From Trypanosoma brucei (Eukaryota), in assembly GCA_000002445.1 (NCBI GenBank), contig CM000207.1:288001-352000 (forward strand): a DNA stretch of 64,000 nt, read 5' to 3'. The translations under genes and the position numbers were made by a program. Numbering within the stretch: the stretch's first letter is position 1; each line of letters starts with the position of its first letter. The notes beneath the pieces are model-generated. The model searched no databases, was not told where the DNA came from, and saw nothing but the letters and a program-made list of their open reading frames with translations. Shown in pieces: positions 54,652-64,000 of this stretch.

Positions 54652-57156
54652 TCACGCCTTTACAGAACCATGAAAGAATTGGGTCGAAAAAAGAGCAAAA
54701 AAGAAACCAAAAAGGCGATTATGCCGCTTATCTTCACCAATAGGTTCTCTAGAATCCGCTGCAACATCACTACTGAGTGTTGACCGAGGGCGTGTGAGAT
54801 GTTGCCACACCCACCTTACAGGTTTGAATTCCCGCTCAATTACTAATATCCACTGCCAAATAACAAAAGCAAACACGGGATACATGGGCCACAGTAACTT
54901 TGCCTCAGCAGTGTAGATGGCCTCCATGCCTTCACCAATAATGTAGCTAACAAACTTACCGAGTTGAACGAGCCCAGCGATGCAGGCCACAGATAAAGCA
55001 TCTGCCGCACACCACGACGCGGTAACAGAACAATTCGGGTAAGTAATGGCAAACAGAAATGGAACCAACACCGTAGTAAGAAAACAAACTGTCAAGATGG
55101 TAAACGACCCGGATGTGAGTTCAAACATTGCCATGTCACGAGAGTCAGGTTGCACCACCGAGGCCAAGCCACCCACGTTGTATCGCAAACAAGGTATAAA
55201 CCACATAAGCAACACACACACAGCAGTGGCAGCGCCATTTAACCCACGTAATACAAATCGCATCAAGTCACACTTTTTACCCTTTGATGAATTCGTATCA
55301 AGTTCATCATCTCTTTCTGCTTCAACCACATCATTCTCACTGTGTGATGGTTCCGACGGACTGCACTTCTGATCCAGTCGTACGGAAGTATTACGACGCC
55401 ATAGGTATAAAGCATAGTTTCCGACGAAAATTGTGAGAATTGTAGCGAAGAGGAAACAGTAGAATCCAGGTCGAATGTGCACCTCCGCTATCCCCGATAA
55501 CTCCAAGCCCCCGACCATCACAACCATCGCAAACGTATCAATGAAAGAAAACTTGCCTGTACAGTCAAGTAACCTCACGAATGCATGTTGAGGTTTTCGA
55601 AAACCAAGAGTGCATACAAGGATGCATAACAGTTTCACATATGGATAAACTCCGCTAAAAAAGAAAAAACCGATGGCTAGGTCAACATGTCCAGCTTTGA
55701 AAATTTTGCTGGTGATTTCCATCAAAGAGAGTTGCAACATATTAAATTCACCTCCCACCACAACTGCGGCAGCTGTCGTGCTGTTGGACCACACAAGTAA
55801 GAATGTAGCACTTAGAGTAAGCAACAACAACAGACCATCCTCAGTAAGTGCTCGGCATTGCGAAATCGGTGAACCATCAGCCAGTGTTGCGGGATCCTTT
55901 CGATGTCGGTAGATGCTCCAGCAAATACCCAACGCGAATGCAACAACCGACATACAAAGTGCGGTAAGCCAAAGCGATAGGGGAGGTACATCACGTACTT
56001 CAGCAGCATGAAGCAAGGGAAGGGGTCGTCGCTCCTCCCCAGCAGTACAGTTCGATGCAAGCACAGAGTTAATAAGGCTCTCCACATGTGGAAGCAACAG
56101 ATCTTCCATATTGTTGCCAGCCACCTTGTTTATATCACCAAGACCGACCGTTCTCAAATTCTGCAACAACACAGCATCGGAACACGGTATGGTACAATTT
56201 AGTTTCGCTTCATCACTGCAGCGAACATCCGTCACCACAACATCCATAGACATGGTAAAACTACTCGGAATGTCAACTACTGCATTAGTGACATTCACGG
56301 CAGGAATCATTTGACTAATATTGGCCACAAGACCATCCAGTGAAAGAGCTTTTAGTGCGTCTTCCACAGAAGCCAGTAAAGAGGATATCGCAGGAGATAA
56401 GGCACCATCCTCATACAGAGTCATGTTCACACCGTTCGGCAACGTGAAGTTCGTACGAGTAGCAGTGTCTTCGTGCATTTTCGCACCGAGACGAACACCA
56501 AAAACAACAGGAATATTGTTTACAACATTCGTCACACCCCGGAAAACTGGAGTAGTGTTCAAGACAACAGCGCCATCAACAGGGGGAGGAGCTGGTTTCT
56601 CCGGCTTCACTTCACTTATCACAAATTTATTCCCCAGTAACGGAAGGTGCGCATTGCATAATAGTGTTTCGGATTTTTCTTCAATTATGTACTGCGCAAT
56701 AGGTTTGAACATCTCAAAAAGTTCAAATTTAGGAACCATATTAATGTCATTCACCTTCACATTAAGGCTGCAGCGGTCCACAATGAAGTTTGTAGTAAAA
56801 CAAAGGTCGTCTAACTCCCTTCCGACGGTGATCTCGTTGAGGTGCACAGCCAAGTCAACAGTAATATTGGTTGAAGCAGCCCCCAATTGAATGCCGGCCG
56901 AACACACAACATTGGAAGGTTGGTCTATTTTCACAGAAAGTTGCGAAGAGTTGAGTGTACCACTACCTTCACCGATGCTGACGCGTGAACATGAGGCGTT
57001 ATCCAACTTCACCGTCAAGAAGGATGTCGAAAGACCGGGAAATTCGAGACCCGTCAATAATACCGAGCTCCACCACACGGCAAACAACGGACATGCAGCT
57101 GACATTATTGGACAGGAGGTAATCGAGTCAATCCCTTTCCGTGTGTTTACGGACAC
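54652..57156 (-). CDS. Hypothetical multi-pass membrane protein (834 aa) with a signal peptide and large N-terminal luminal or extracellular domain
   Basis: The N-terminus is hydrophobic. About 400 aa carry many N-x-S/T sites, followed by at least eight hydrophobic helices in the C-terminal half. Confidence 0.6.
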   Translation of the reverse strand: MSVNTRKGIDSITSCPIMSAACPLFAVWWSSVLLTGLEFPGLSTSFLTVKLDNASCSRVSIGEGSGTLNSSQLSVKIDQPSNVVCSAGIQLGAASTNITVDLAVHLNEITVGRELDDLCFTTNFIVDRCSLNVKVNDINMVPKFELFEMFKPIAQYIIEEKSETLLCNAHLPLLGNKFVISEVKPEKPAPPPVDGAVVLNTTPVFRGVTNVVNNIPVVFGVRLGAKMHEDTATRTNFTLPNGVNMTLYEDGALSPAISSLLASVEDALKALSLDGLVANISQMIPAVNVTNAVVDIPSSFTMSMDVVVTDVRCSDEAKLNCTIPCSDAVLLQNLRTVGLGDINKVAGNNMEDLLLPHVESLINSVLASNCTAGEERRPLPLLHAAEVRDVPPLSLWLTALCMSVVAFALGICWSIYRHRKDPATLADGSPISQCRALTEDGLLLLLTLSATFLLVWSNSTTAAAVVVGGEFNMLQLSLMEITSKIFKAGHVDLAIGFFFFSGVYPYVKLLCILVCTLGFRKPQHAFVRLLDCTGKFSFIDTFAMVVMVGGLELSGIAEVHIRPGFYCFLFATILTIFVGNYALYLWRRNTSVRLDQKCSPSEPSHSENDVVEAERDDELDTNSSKGKKCDLMRFVLRGLNGAATAVCVLLMWFIPCLRYNVGGLASVVQPDSRDMAMFELTSGSFTILTVCFLTTVLVPFLFAITYPNCSVTASWCAADALSVACIAGLVQLGKFVSYIIGEGMEAIYTAEAKLLWPMYPVFAFVIWQWILVIEREFKPVRWVWQHLTRPRSTLSSDVAADSREPIGEDKRHNRLFGFFFALFSTQFFHGSVKA

Positions 57157-57558
57157 AGCACAGCCAGATCAAGTGTCTGAATGGCTCTTAACCGAGTGAC
57201 CACACTACTCTCCTTTCGGTTTAAGTGTTCTTCTATAAACGCACAGTTACCTACAGTTACCTAGAGCTCCACTGTAAAACTATTGAACAAAACAAGAAAA
57301 TTGGACAACGCCACACATAAGTGAAGAGAGGTAGGAACCATATAATACAGAAACATCAGAAAGACATTTGAACAGGCATAGGGAATGGGGATATGAAGAA
57401 TACACATATGAACAAAGTTACAAAGGTATTCAGGCACTTAATTCGGTACGATAAGGGAACAAAAGGGTTATTCAATCCTCTGTGCAAGACAGCACCTATT
57501 CGTTACACCTATTACACACTGCACACCGGTGCTTTATAGATTACTGCAATTATTCAGT

Positions 57559-58086
57559 TCAAAGTCTACCTGCACGCTTTGCTCTCGTAGAATCACTTCC
57601 CTTAGTTGCCCTCTTCGCTTTGCTACGTTCATGGCGGGCACGTAACTCAGCGCGCCCAATCGGGTTCTTACGCAACACGTTAAGGGCGATATCACGCACC
57701 TCAGGGGCCACCTTCCCAACAACAGGCACCGCCCGACTGCGCTGCGCATATCTCACAGCCGCCTTCGTATCACCCTCTTTTCTCTTTTTGTGCCGCAAGA
57801 GCAATATGCGTTTTGACACATCGTCTTCCAATACAACAGATGAGGGTGCGACCATTCCTTCAGCAGCCTCCACGGCTACAGCGCTGGCGTGCTCTTCTCC
57901 TTCGCGTACGAGACGAGCAAGGCGCCATCCCTCTTCTATAGACACAACCCGACCAGCAGGCAGTTTTAATCGTGGTTGCAGTACCGTCTGCCGAAGCATC
58001 TGCTTACCTACAATATCACGCAGTGCCATGTGAATCACACGGTAAACCTTTTTCGTCAGGACAACAGGAAAAAGGGTATGTAACAA
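57559..58086 (-). CDS. Hypothetical basic protein (175 aa)
   Basis: Lys/Arg-rich C-terminus. No motif recognised. Confidence 0.4.
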   Translation of the reverse strand: MLHTLFPVVLTKKVYRVIHMALRDIVGKQMLRQTVLQPRLKLPAGRVVSIEEGWRLARLVREGEEHASAVAVEAAEGMVAPSSVVLEDDVSKRILLLRHKKRKEGDTKAAVRYAQRSRAVPVVGKVAPEVRDIALNVLRKNPIGRAELRARHERSKAKRATKGSDSTRAKRAGRL

Positions 58087-58500
58087 TAGGTAAAATTTTA
58101 GAGTACTCGCATGCTAAGAGAGTAATACAGAAACATAGTAGGGGAAGTTGACACTTTCATTTATTCAAAACAATGAGGTTGTACCTCGCAAGAATAGGGG
58201 AAATGTCAAGGAAAGTAACCAAACACAAGTCAAAAAACAAAAGACGAATCTTCCTCCTCCACCCAGCAGACGGGAGAGGTCTGGGGTATCAACGAGGGGA
58301 AACAAAAGGAATAAAAGCAATGTCAGTGGACAAATTAAGAGAACGAAGCACAATATAAAATAAAATGGAATAGAATGGAATGGATCGATAACCCAATGAA
58401 AGCACTGCAAACATCCATAGATAACTGTAGGTAGGAAAAAGAAAGGTAACGAGATGTTTGCTCACCACTGTAGTCGGTAGTACACATTAAGTAGGCATGA

Positions 58501-59943
58501 TCACTTGACAATCTTCTGCGATACCCACGAAACAACCTGCTCCACATCAACATGAGGTTTTAGCGACAATAATACTTTGAATAGACCGTTCTCAAGCAAC
58601 TCTTTATCATGCCTCCGCTTGGCAATAAGAACATGCACAAGCAAAAGGGTTTCGAGATCTCCATCAAGCAACTGCCGTAGTTTCGCAACCCATGCTTTGT
58701 CTCCCACACCCTTTTCTGCTACCTGAAGCAATTGTTCCAGCAAATTGGAACCCAGTTTCTCACTGTCAACTGATGCTGCAGCAACCCTTGGTGTAGCTGG
58801 AGTGGCACGTAAAGATTGCCTGCACTTTGGAGAGACATTATGTTTAGGTGAGCCGCTGTCAGGGCGAGGTTGGGGTCGACGTACAGGTGTGACAGGCGAA
58901 ATCCGGCGTATTGGAGACTCCATAATCGCACGCAGTGGAGAAACCTTAGGGGCTTCGCGACACACAGGTATGCCTTTCTCCCGCACGTATGACGTCAGAC
59001 GTGATGCGAATCCCACGAGCAAATCATACGCAGTAGGCCGGCCCCTCTCGTTCTTGCAAAGGCATGCCTCCACAGCGCGTACGAGACACGTTTCGTATCG
59101 CCCTCGCGCTATCTGCCTAAGACAAGGCATAGGGTCCATGTTCAGGATAGCATGGAAAGACTGTTGCTCCGTGTAGTGCTTCTTCCAGAAAGCACGTTGC
59201 CGTGTTAGGAGTTCAAAAAAGGTTGCACCAGCGGAAAATATGTCCGTCTTGCTGCTGTATGCCTCCCCGGCAACAATCTCTGGTGAGCAGTAACAGGGAG
59301 TTCCAACACGCGTCTGTGCAAGTTCCGTCGTCTGCTGCAGCGGACGTGCAAGCCCATAGTCCCCGACAAGGGCCTTCGACACCGACCCCTCCTTGTTGTC
59401 ATTACGAACAAGAAGCAGATTGGCAGGTTTGATGTCGCGGTGAATTATGTGCTGCGCGTGACTGTGGTTCAGTGCTGAGAGTATCTGCAACATTATCATC
59501 ATAGCGAGTTCGTTAGGGACAAACTCCTCACGAAGGGAGTACTCACGAATAAGCCCGTGTAGGTCACCACCATCACAATGTGTCATTGCCAAGCAAACAC
59601 TCCCACAGTGTTCCCCCACACCGCTTTCCACCCAAGCACCTACGTACCGCACAATGAAGGGATGATTCAGCGACCGAATTGCATCAATTTCTTTCAATAT
59701 CATCGCTGCACCGTCAGCTGGAAGTATACCACGTCGCATCACCTTCACAACGAAGCGCTGCGGATATTGAAATGCACTTGCTGTACCAGTTGTACATACA
59801 GGCCTCGCAAGAAAGACGCTTCCGTTTGCACCAGATCCGAGCAGTTCAGCGAGTACAACCTCCCGTCCCAATAAGCACCGTTCGCACACGCCATCCATCG
59901 CTATAGACACGACGAAACTAAGAAGCTGCGTTACCGGCTGCAC
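58501..59943 (-). CDS. NEK (NIMA-related) family serine/threonine protein kinase
   Basis: Kinase subdomains are present: LGSGANGSV (Gly loop), VVKVM (VAIK-like), HRDIKPANLLL (catalytic loop), DYGLAR (DFG variant) and GTPCYCSPE (APE), plus DIFSAGATFFELL. The true start is probably the internal Met (MDGVCERC) near 59898. Confidence 0.8.
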   Translation of the reverse strand: MQPVTQLLSFVVSIAMDGVCERCLLGREVVLAELLGSGANGSVFLARPVCTTGTASAFQYPQRFVVKVMRRGILPADGAAMILKEIDAIRSLNHPFIVRYVGAWVESGVGEHCGSVCLAMTHCDGGDLHGLIREYSLREEFVPNELAMMIMLQILSALNHSHAQHIIHRDIKPANLLLVRNDNKEGSVSKALVGDYGLARPLQQTTELAQTRVGTPCYCSPEIVAGEAYSSKTDIFSAGATFFELLTRQRAFWKKHYTEQQSFHAILNMDPMPCLRQIARGRYETCLVRAVEACLCKNERGRPTAYDLLVGFASRLTSYVREKGIPVCREAPKVSPLRAIMESPIRRISPVTPVRRPQPRPDSGSPKHNVSPKCRQSLRATPATPRVAAASVDSEKLGSNLLEQLLQVAEKGVGDKAWVAKLRQLLDGDLETLLLVHVLIAKRRHDKELLENGLFKVLLSLKPHVDVEQVVSWVSQKIVK

Positions 59944-60861
59944 ACGCTACAGATACAAATACACATACACATACACACGCACACGCACAAGTGCATACGG
60001 AAAATAACAGAGACGAAAAGAAGAAGTTGCACAGTAGGTAATAGCACGCTTTAGCACGTGTTTAAATGCTTAGAGGATAACCGCAAAGAGAGAAAATGCA
60101 TATGGACAGGTGACCAGAAACGCAAAGTCATTGTAATAGCCAAACTCCACAGTGTCACACTAAATTTCCTATAAATTCTTCATAATCCAGCATCCCACAG
60201 TCAACGTGTGTATCGGTCACAAACTCACAGCTGAGGGTTGCAAGAGTGGTTGGTTAAATCCACCAAAAAATATGTGTAAAGATATGGCGGTTTTCTCTTA
60301 ATGAAGAATAGTATATATTTCTCCTGTTTTTTTACTACAATGTTACATCGGACGTACCCGCGATGTGGTGGCTCTGCTTTAATTTTTTTGTGATGTCACA
60401 CTCATACACATAATCTTTCTTTTTTTTTTCTTAGTTGAGGAACAAGAGTTAATTAAGCTTCTATGTGTGTTAGATTTGTCGGTGAATTTTCATACAATTA
60501 TGAGTTTGCTGATTTTTTTTTTCTATGGTTTTCAGCTATGTTTGCCTTCGTGATGATCAATTGGTGGTGGTATGAATATCCAACTCCTTCTTGCTTCTTT
60601 TCCATCCATATTTGCGGTGTATTGTTGTTTTCGTGAAATGCATTAGTACATCCTTTCTCAGTTGCATTTTGATTGGAGAAGGCTGCCACCACCTTTCTTT
60701 CTTTTTTTTTTTCGCGTCCACCAGGTGTAACCGTGAAAATCACCCAACTGCGAAAAGGAGGGGGTTGGCGACTGAAAGCATGACGAAACTGCGCAGTTTA
60801 GATCTCGTTTTTGTTGACTCTATTCTTTTCGTTAGTTGCTATGGCGAAAGGGTTAGGGGAG

Positions 60862-62355
60862 TTAGTAGTTGTTTCCATTTTCCTCTTTTGTAAGTTTGCC
60901 TCCATTCATAGCAATCCATCCTTCACAGCATTCAGATCCACAGCAACATTGAAATGGTGGTGTTGTTTCATCCCTAAATAGACGGTAGTCCATTGTAAGT
61001 TCTTCGCCTCGGGCAATATCACGGGTGGCGTAGAGATTCAAAGACCGATTTGGTCCAAAGTTCATGTTGGGAACACAGGAGTGACTAAATGTGCGCCAAT
61101 TTGTTGGCTCATTATCCCAAAGGGCATAGTAATGACCATCTCCACCAAGTGGCCACGCTTTTTGTGCGAACTGATCATACTCCTCTTTTCCCCTCGTCGC
61201 CTTTACATGAGGTTTTGTGTAAAGACGAACCGACTGCCCCTCTGCTTCAAAAATAGGGGATCCTGCTGATATGTCACGCGTAGCGCACATCCGATACCCC
61301 TGTGCAGGGTTATATACGCAGCGGAACAGAGGTTGCATGCGCTCATTCCGTCTAAGGGCCTCCTTTATCTGAAGCAGAGTAAATTCCCTTTGATTGAAAC
61401 CTGGTGTCAAACGCAAGATCCAATCAGCTGATCCCTCTTGCCCGGGTGGATACATGACGCCGCAGTTAGGGTTAATCTCCAAGAATACAACATCATGTGT
61501 CGACCGGTCGATGCGCACATCCACCCTCCCATATCCTACACCTCCCATCATATGCATAAACGATGTTCGTGCTGTGGAAAGGACTTGTGACAACGCAGGG
61601 TCATCTTCCGGCATAAGACGCCACTCCATTCCCTCATATGTTTCCCACTTCAAATGAAAATGTTTGAAATCTTCACCCTCAGGAAATTGCACCATTACAG
61701 GAGGGAAAACACGAATGCCATCAGGTTGCGTGCTGTCTGCACACACAAGTATCGTCGCCTCATCGCCAACAACGAATTCTTCAACGAGAGCAATTTGATA
61801 CTGTTCAATAAAGCGAGTTACACGACTGTGCAAGCTATCCATGTCATAAACTTTGCACGACTTATCCATTCCAACACTGCTGTAACCGGAAACGTGTTTG
61901 ATTATCAGTGGGAATGAAAGCACCGAACATAATTCACGTATATTGTCACCAGCTTCTAAAACAGCATGTTTGGCCGTTTTTATCCTAAAGTAGTGAGCAA
62001 TCTGCTTCATCTCCGGCTTAGATAATTCGTAGTACTTGGAAACTGCACCAGTAAAGGGTACGTGAAAACTCTCGAGGGCTTGCACGACGTCAACACCCGC
62101 CTTGTCCTCGTCTAAAGCTCCGTCACATTGGTTATAAAAGACATCATACGCGCCTGATTTCACAAGCTGACGTATTTGCCGATATGTCGTTGCCTTTTTA
62201 ATGAACGCAAGATCAAAGACAACTTCGTTTTGGTCTTCTTTTGTGAAGTAATGCTGAGGGGTCTGCACAAGTTCTCCCTCGTATGTTTTTAGCTCGCTGT
62301 CAGATCCCTCGTAGGAACAAACCAAAACACAAACCCGAGTGGGTTTGGCCGGCAT
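60862..62355 (-). CDS. SET-domain lysine methyltransferase with an N-terminal ATP-grasp-like domain
   Basis: The C-terminus carries SET signatures NWRTFSHSCVPNM (NHSCxPN-like) and RGEELTMDY, then a post-SET Cys cluster CCCGSECC. The N-terminal approximately 300 aa resemble an ATP-grasp fold, for example GYGRVDVRIDRSTHDVVFLEINPNCGV compared with the D-Ala-D-Ala ligase C-terminal motif. Confidence 0.7.
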   Translation of the reverse strand: MPAKPTRVCVLVCSYEGSDSELKTYEGELVQTPQHYFTKEDQNEVVFDLAFIKKATTYRQIRQLVKSGAYDVFYNQCDGALDEDKAGVDVVQALESFHVPFTGAVSKYYELSKPEMKQIAHYFRIKTAKHAVLEAGDNIRELCSVLSFPLIIKHVSGYSSVGMDKSCKVYDMDSLHSRVTRFIEQYQIALVEEFVVGDEATILVCADSTQPDGIRVFPPVMVQFPEGEDFKHFHLKWETYEGMEWRLMPEDDPALSQVLSTARTSFMHMMGGVGYGRVDVRIDRSTHDVVFLEINPNCGVMYPPGQEGSADWILRLTPGFNQREFTLLQIKEALRRNERMQPLFRCVYNPAQGYRMCATRDISAGSPIFEAEGQSVRLYTKPHVKATRGKEEYDQFAQKAWPLGGDGHYYALWDNEPTNWRTFSHSCVPNMNFGPNRSLNLYATRDIARGEELTMDYRLFRDETTPPFQCCCGSECCEGWIAMNGGKLTKEENGNNY

Positions 62356-62881
62356 CGCTATCGGTCGTGAAAACTACAACTTTTCTATTTATACGTCTGC
62401 TACAACCACCTGCCCCCTATTTCCCATCTACTCCATATCAAATCAGTGACAACAAAAATGAAGAGTAGTTCATTTTATTTTTATTTTATTTTTACATACC
62501 ATCAAACAGATATGTGAAGCACAGAAGCGAAAATATTGAAATCCAACAGGAATTAATACCACCAAAGCAACGAGTTACAAATCTCCCCGCACTGCTACCA
62601 ACCTTTCGCAATGAGTAGGAGATCAGATGGGAGAACAAAGGGGGCTAAGAACATGAACAATAACATTAAAAATAACATTAAAAGTAACAGCAACAGCAGA
62701 CACCACGAAAAGTTTGTGTAGGCGAAGGCGGAACATTCAGCACCGTCATTCCTTTGCACCTCCTCCTGCACTATTTTTTCTTTTTTTTGGGGGGGGAGAA
62801 GAGGAGTCCCCCCAAAAAAAAATCAAAATAATTAATACAGTGCAGTGAATCCAACTGTCATAAGGAACAGAAATCAAAATA

Positions 62882-63103
62882 TCAACGTCTTCTCTCATCT
62901 AAAGTGTCAGTTTCTCTGGAGGTGTCGGGGAGGTCATCGGGAAGAGGTCCTCTTGTAAATATAATGCGTTGAGAATACACGGGCGATATCACATTTCTAA
63001 AAAGCCATAAAATCATGTAACCGAACACCACAAATGGAATGATGTATTCTCGAAGAGCATATACAAGTGGTCCCTCTTCAGGAATCTCTTCAGCTGCCAT
63101 CAA
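62882..63103 (-). CDS. Hypothetical small single-pass membrane protein (73 aa)
   Basis: One hydrophobic helix (IIPFVVFGYMILWLF). Confidence 0.3.
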   Translation of the reverse strand: MMAAEEIPEEGPLVYALREYIIPFVVFGYMILWLFRNVISPVYSQRIIFTRGPLPDDLPDTSRETDTLDERRR

Positions 63104-63553
63104 TGGACCTTAATACGAAGGCTAAATTTTTTTTTAATTATATTTTCTTTCTTGAAACGAAAAAAAAATTTATAACAAAAGGGGATTCAGGCAGCACCGC
63201 GCAGGTACAGCAAAAAGTTGGTGACAAACACGCAATATCCTGAAACTCAAATAAGTAGCGGTTTTTTTTTCAAAAAAAACGACAAATAAACAGAGAGCAT
63301 GATAAAAATAAATAATTAATAATAATAATCTTTTTACAAAAAAGGTAGCAAAAAGAGGGGAAACCTCTTTCCCACGACGGCACTCGTTTGAAGCTTTATA
63401 TGCTCGAAAAATAAAAAAATAAATACGTTCACTGGTTACAAGTAATAGTGTTCATAATAGTGATGCACGCTCTCAGCGAAGGAAAAATAAAAAGAGTAAA
63501 AAAAAGAAAAAAAAAGAAAATTGCAGTAGGAATGGTAAAACCCCAATACATGT

Positions 63554-63826
63554 TTACTCATCAAAACAGATCTGGAAATGTGTAGGCTTGTCTTTTACTG
63601 TTTGCGGTTTAACCAAAACAGTGCGTAACTTTGGGCTCTTAATTAGCGCTTGATGGGCCTCTCGGAGGATCCACGTGCGAAGCGGAAGCCCATCCTCCTC
63701 TGGCGTGTCGCCTATTTTACTTAAGCAGTTGAGAAGCAAATCATCTGTTGCATATTCTTCATTCCTTATGCGATCCAGGGGGATATGTATCTCAATTACT
63801 GCGGGAGCCATCGTTGCGTACGTCAA
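63554..63826 (-). CDS. Hypothetical small protein (90 aa)
   Basis: ORF on the same strand as the surrounding unit. No motif recognised. Confidence 0.3.
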   Translation of the reverse strand: MTYATMAPAVIEIHIPLDRIRNEEYATDDLLLNCLSKIGDTPEEDGLPLRTWILREAHQALIKSPKLRTVLVKPQTVKDKPTHFQICFDE

Positions 63827-64000
63827 ATGATATGCCTCAGCAGTGGAATCGCTTCAATAAAATTTTCTTTGCCTTCCCACTTCAGTTTCTTGGTTGCTAC
63901 TAAGCACACAAACAAAAAAAAAATTTCCTTCGATAAGAGAAGACACAATATTACTCTCCCGTTACACCACCAATAAGAAATCACAATAATTGTACAGGAA

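Noticed and set aside
36400-64000. Whether the same-strand gene run is a bacterial operon or contains a defence system.
   Set aside because: All other evidence indicates a kinetoplastid polycistronic unit with eukaryote-type domains (NEK kinase, SET, DPH3, BRCT-like). There are no Shine-Dalgarno-spaced starts. The intergenic spacers are 150 to 1400 bp and carry polypyrimidine tracts on the coding strand.

Overview
This window reads as nuclear DNA from an African trypanosome of the Trypanosoma brucei group, not prokaryotic DNA. The evidence is a non-LTR retrotransposon whose 5' terminus is the ingi/RIME terminal sequence as I recall it (CCCTGGCGATGCCGGCCACCTCAACGTGGTGCC, read on the minus strand), arrays of the imperfect VSG '70-bp repeat', VSG-type reading frames with a hydrophobic GPI-signal C-terminus (...CGWIDYIDG...FVSLLF), the VSG 3'UTR 16-mer TGATATATTTTAACAC, and TTAGGG telomere repeats. 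The window crosses a subtelomere/core junction. Positions 1 to about 36400 are a subtelomeric VSG array. It holds five plus-strand VSG genes or fragments, four of them decayed and one apparently intact, each preceded by 70-bp repeats. It also holds one full-length ingi inserted into a VSG (minus strand) with a perfect 12-bp target-site duplication, one degenerate ingi-related element (plus strand), a minus-strand VSG-like gene, an LRR-protein fragment and a strand-skewed A+C-rich tract. Positions about 36400 to 64000 look like a chromosome-core polycistronic unit. All 15 ORFs there lie on the minus strand. They include a coiled-coil/BRCT-like protein, a DPH3-like CSL zinc finger, an FAD monooxygenase, a NEK-like kinase and an ATP-grasp/SET fusion. 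The most unusual signal is a fossil telomere downstream of one VSG, with TTAGGG tracts followed by inverted CCCTAACCCT units embedded in a repeated ~40-bp motif. A composite module (telomere stub, conserved ~270-bp element, orphan VSG C-terminal-domain cassette) recurs twice downstream of array VSGs. I found no CRISPR array, no operons and no bacterial defence systems. Everything here is inferred from the sequence and the ORF track alone, and no database search was possible.
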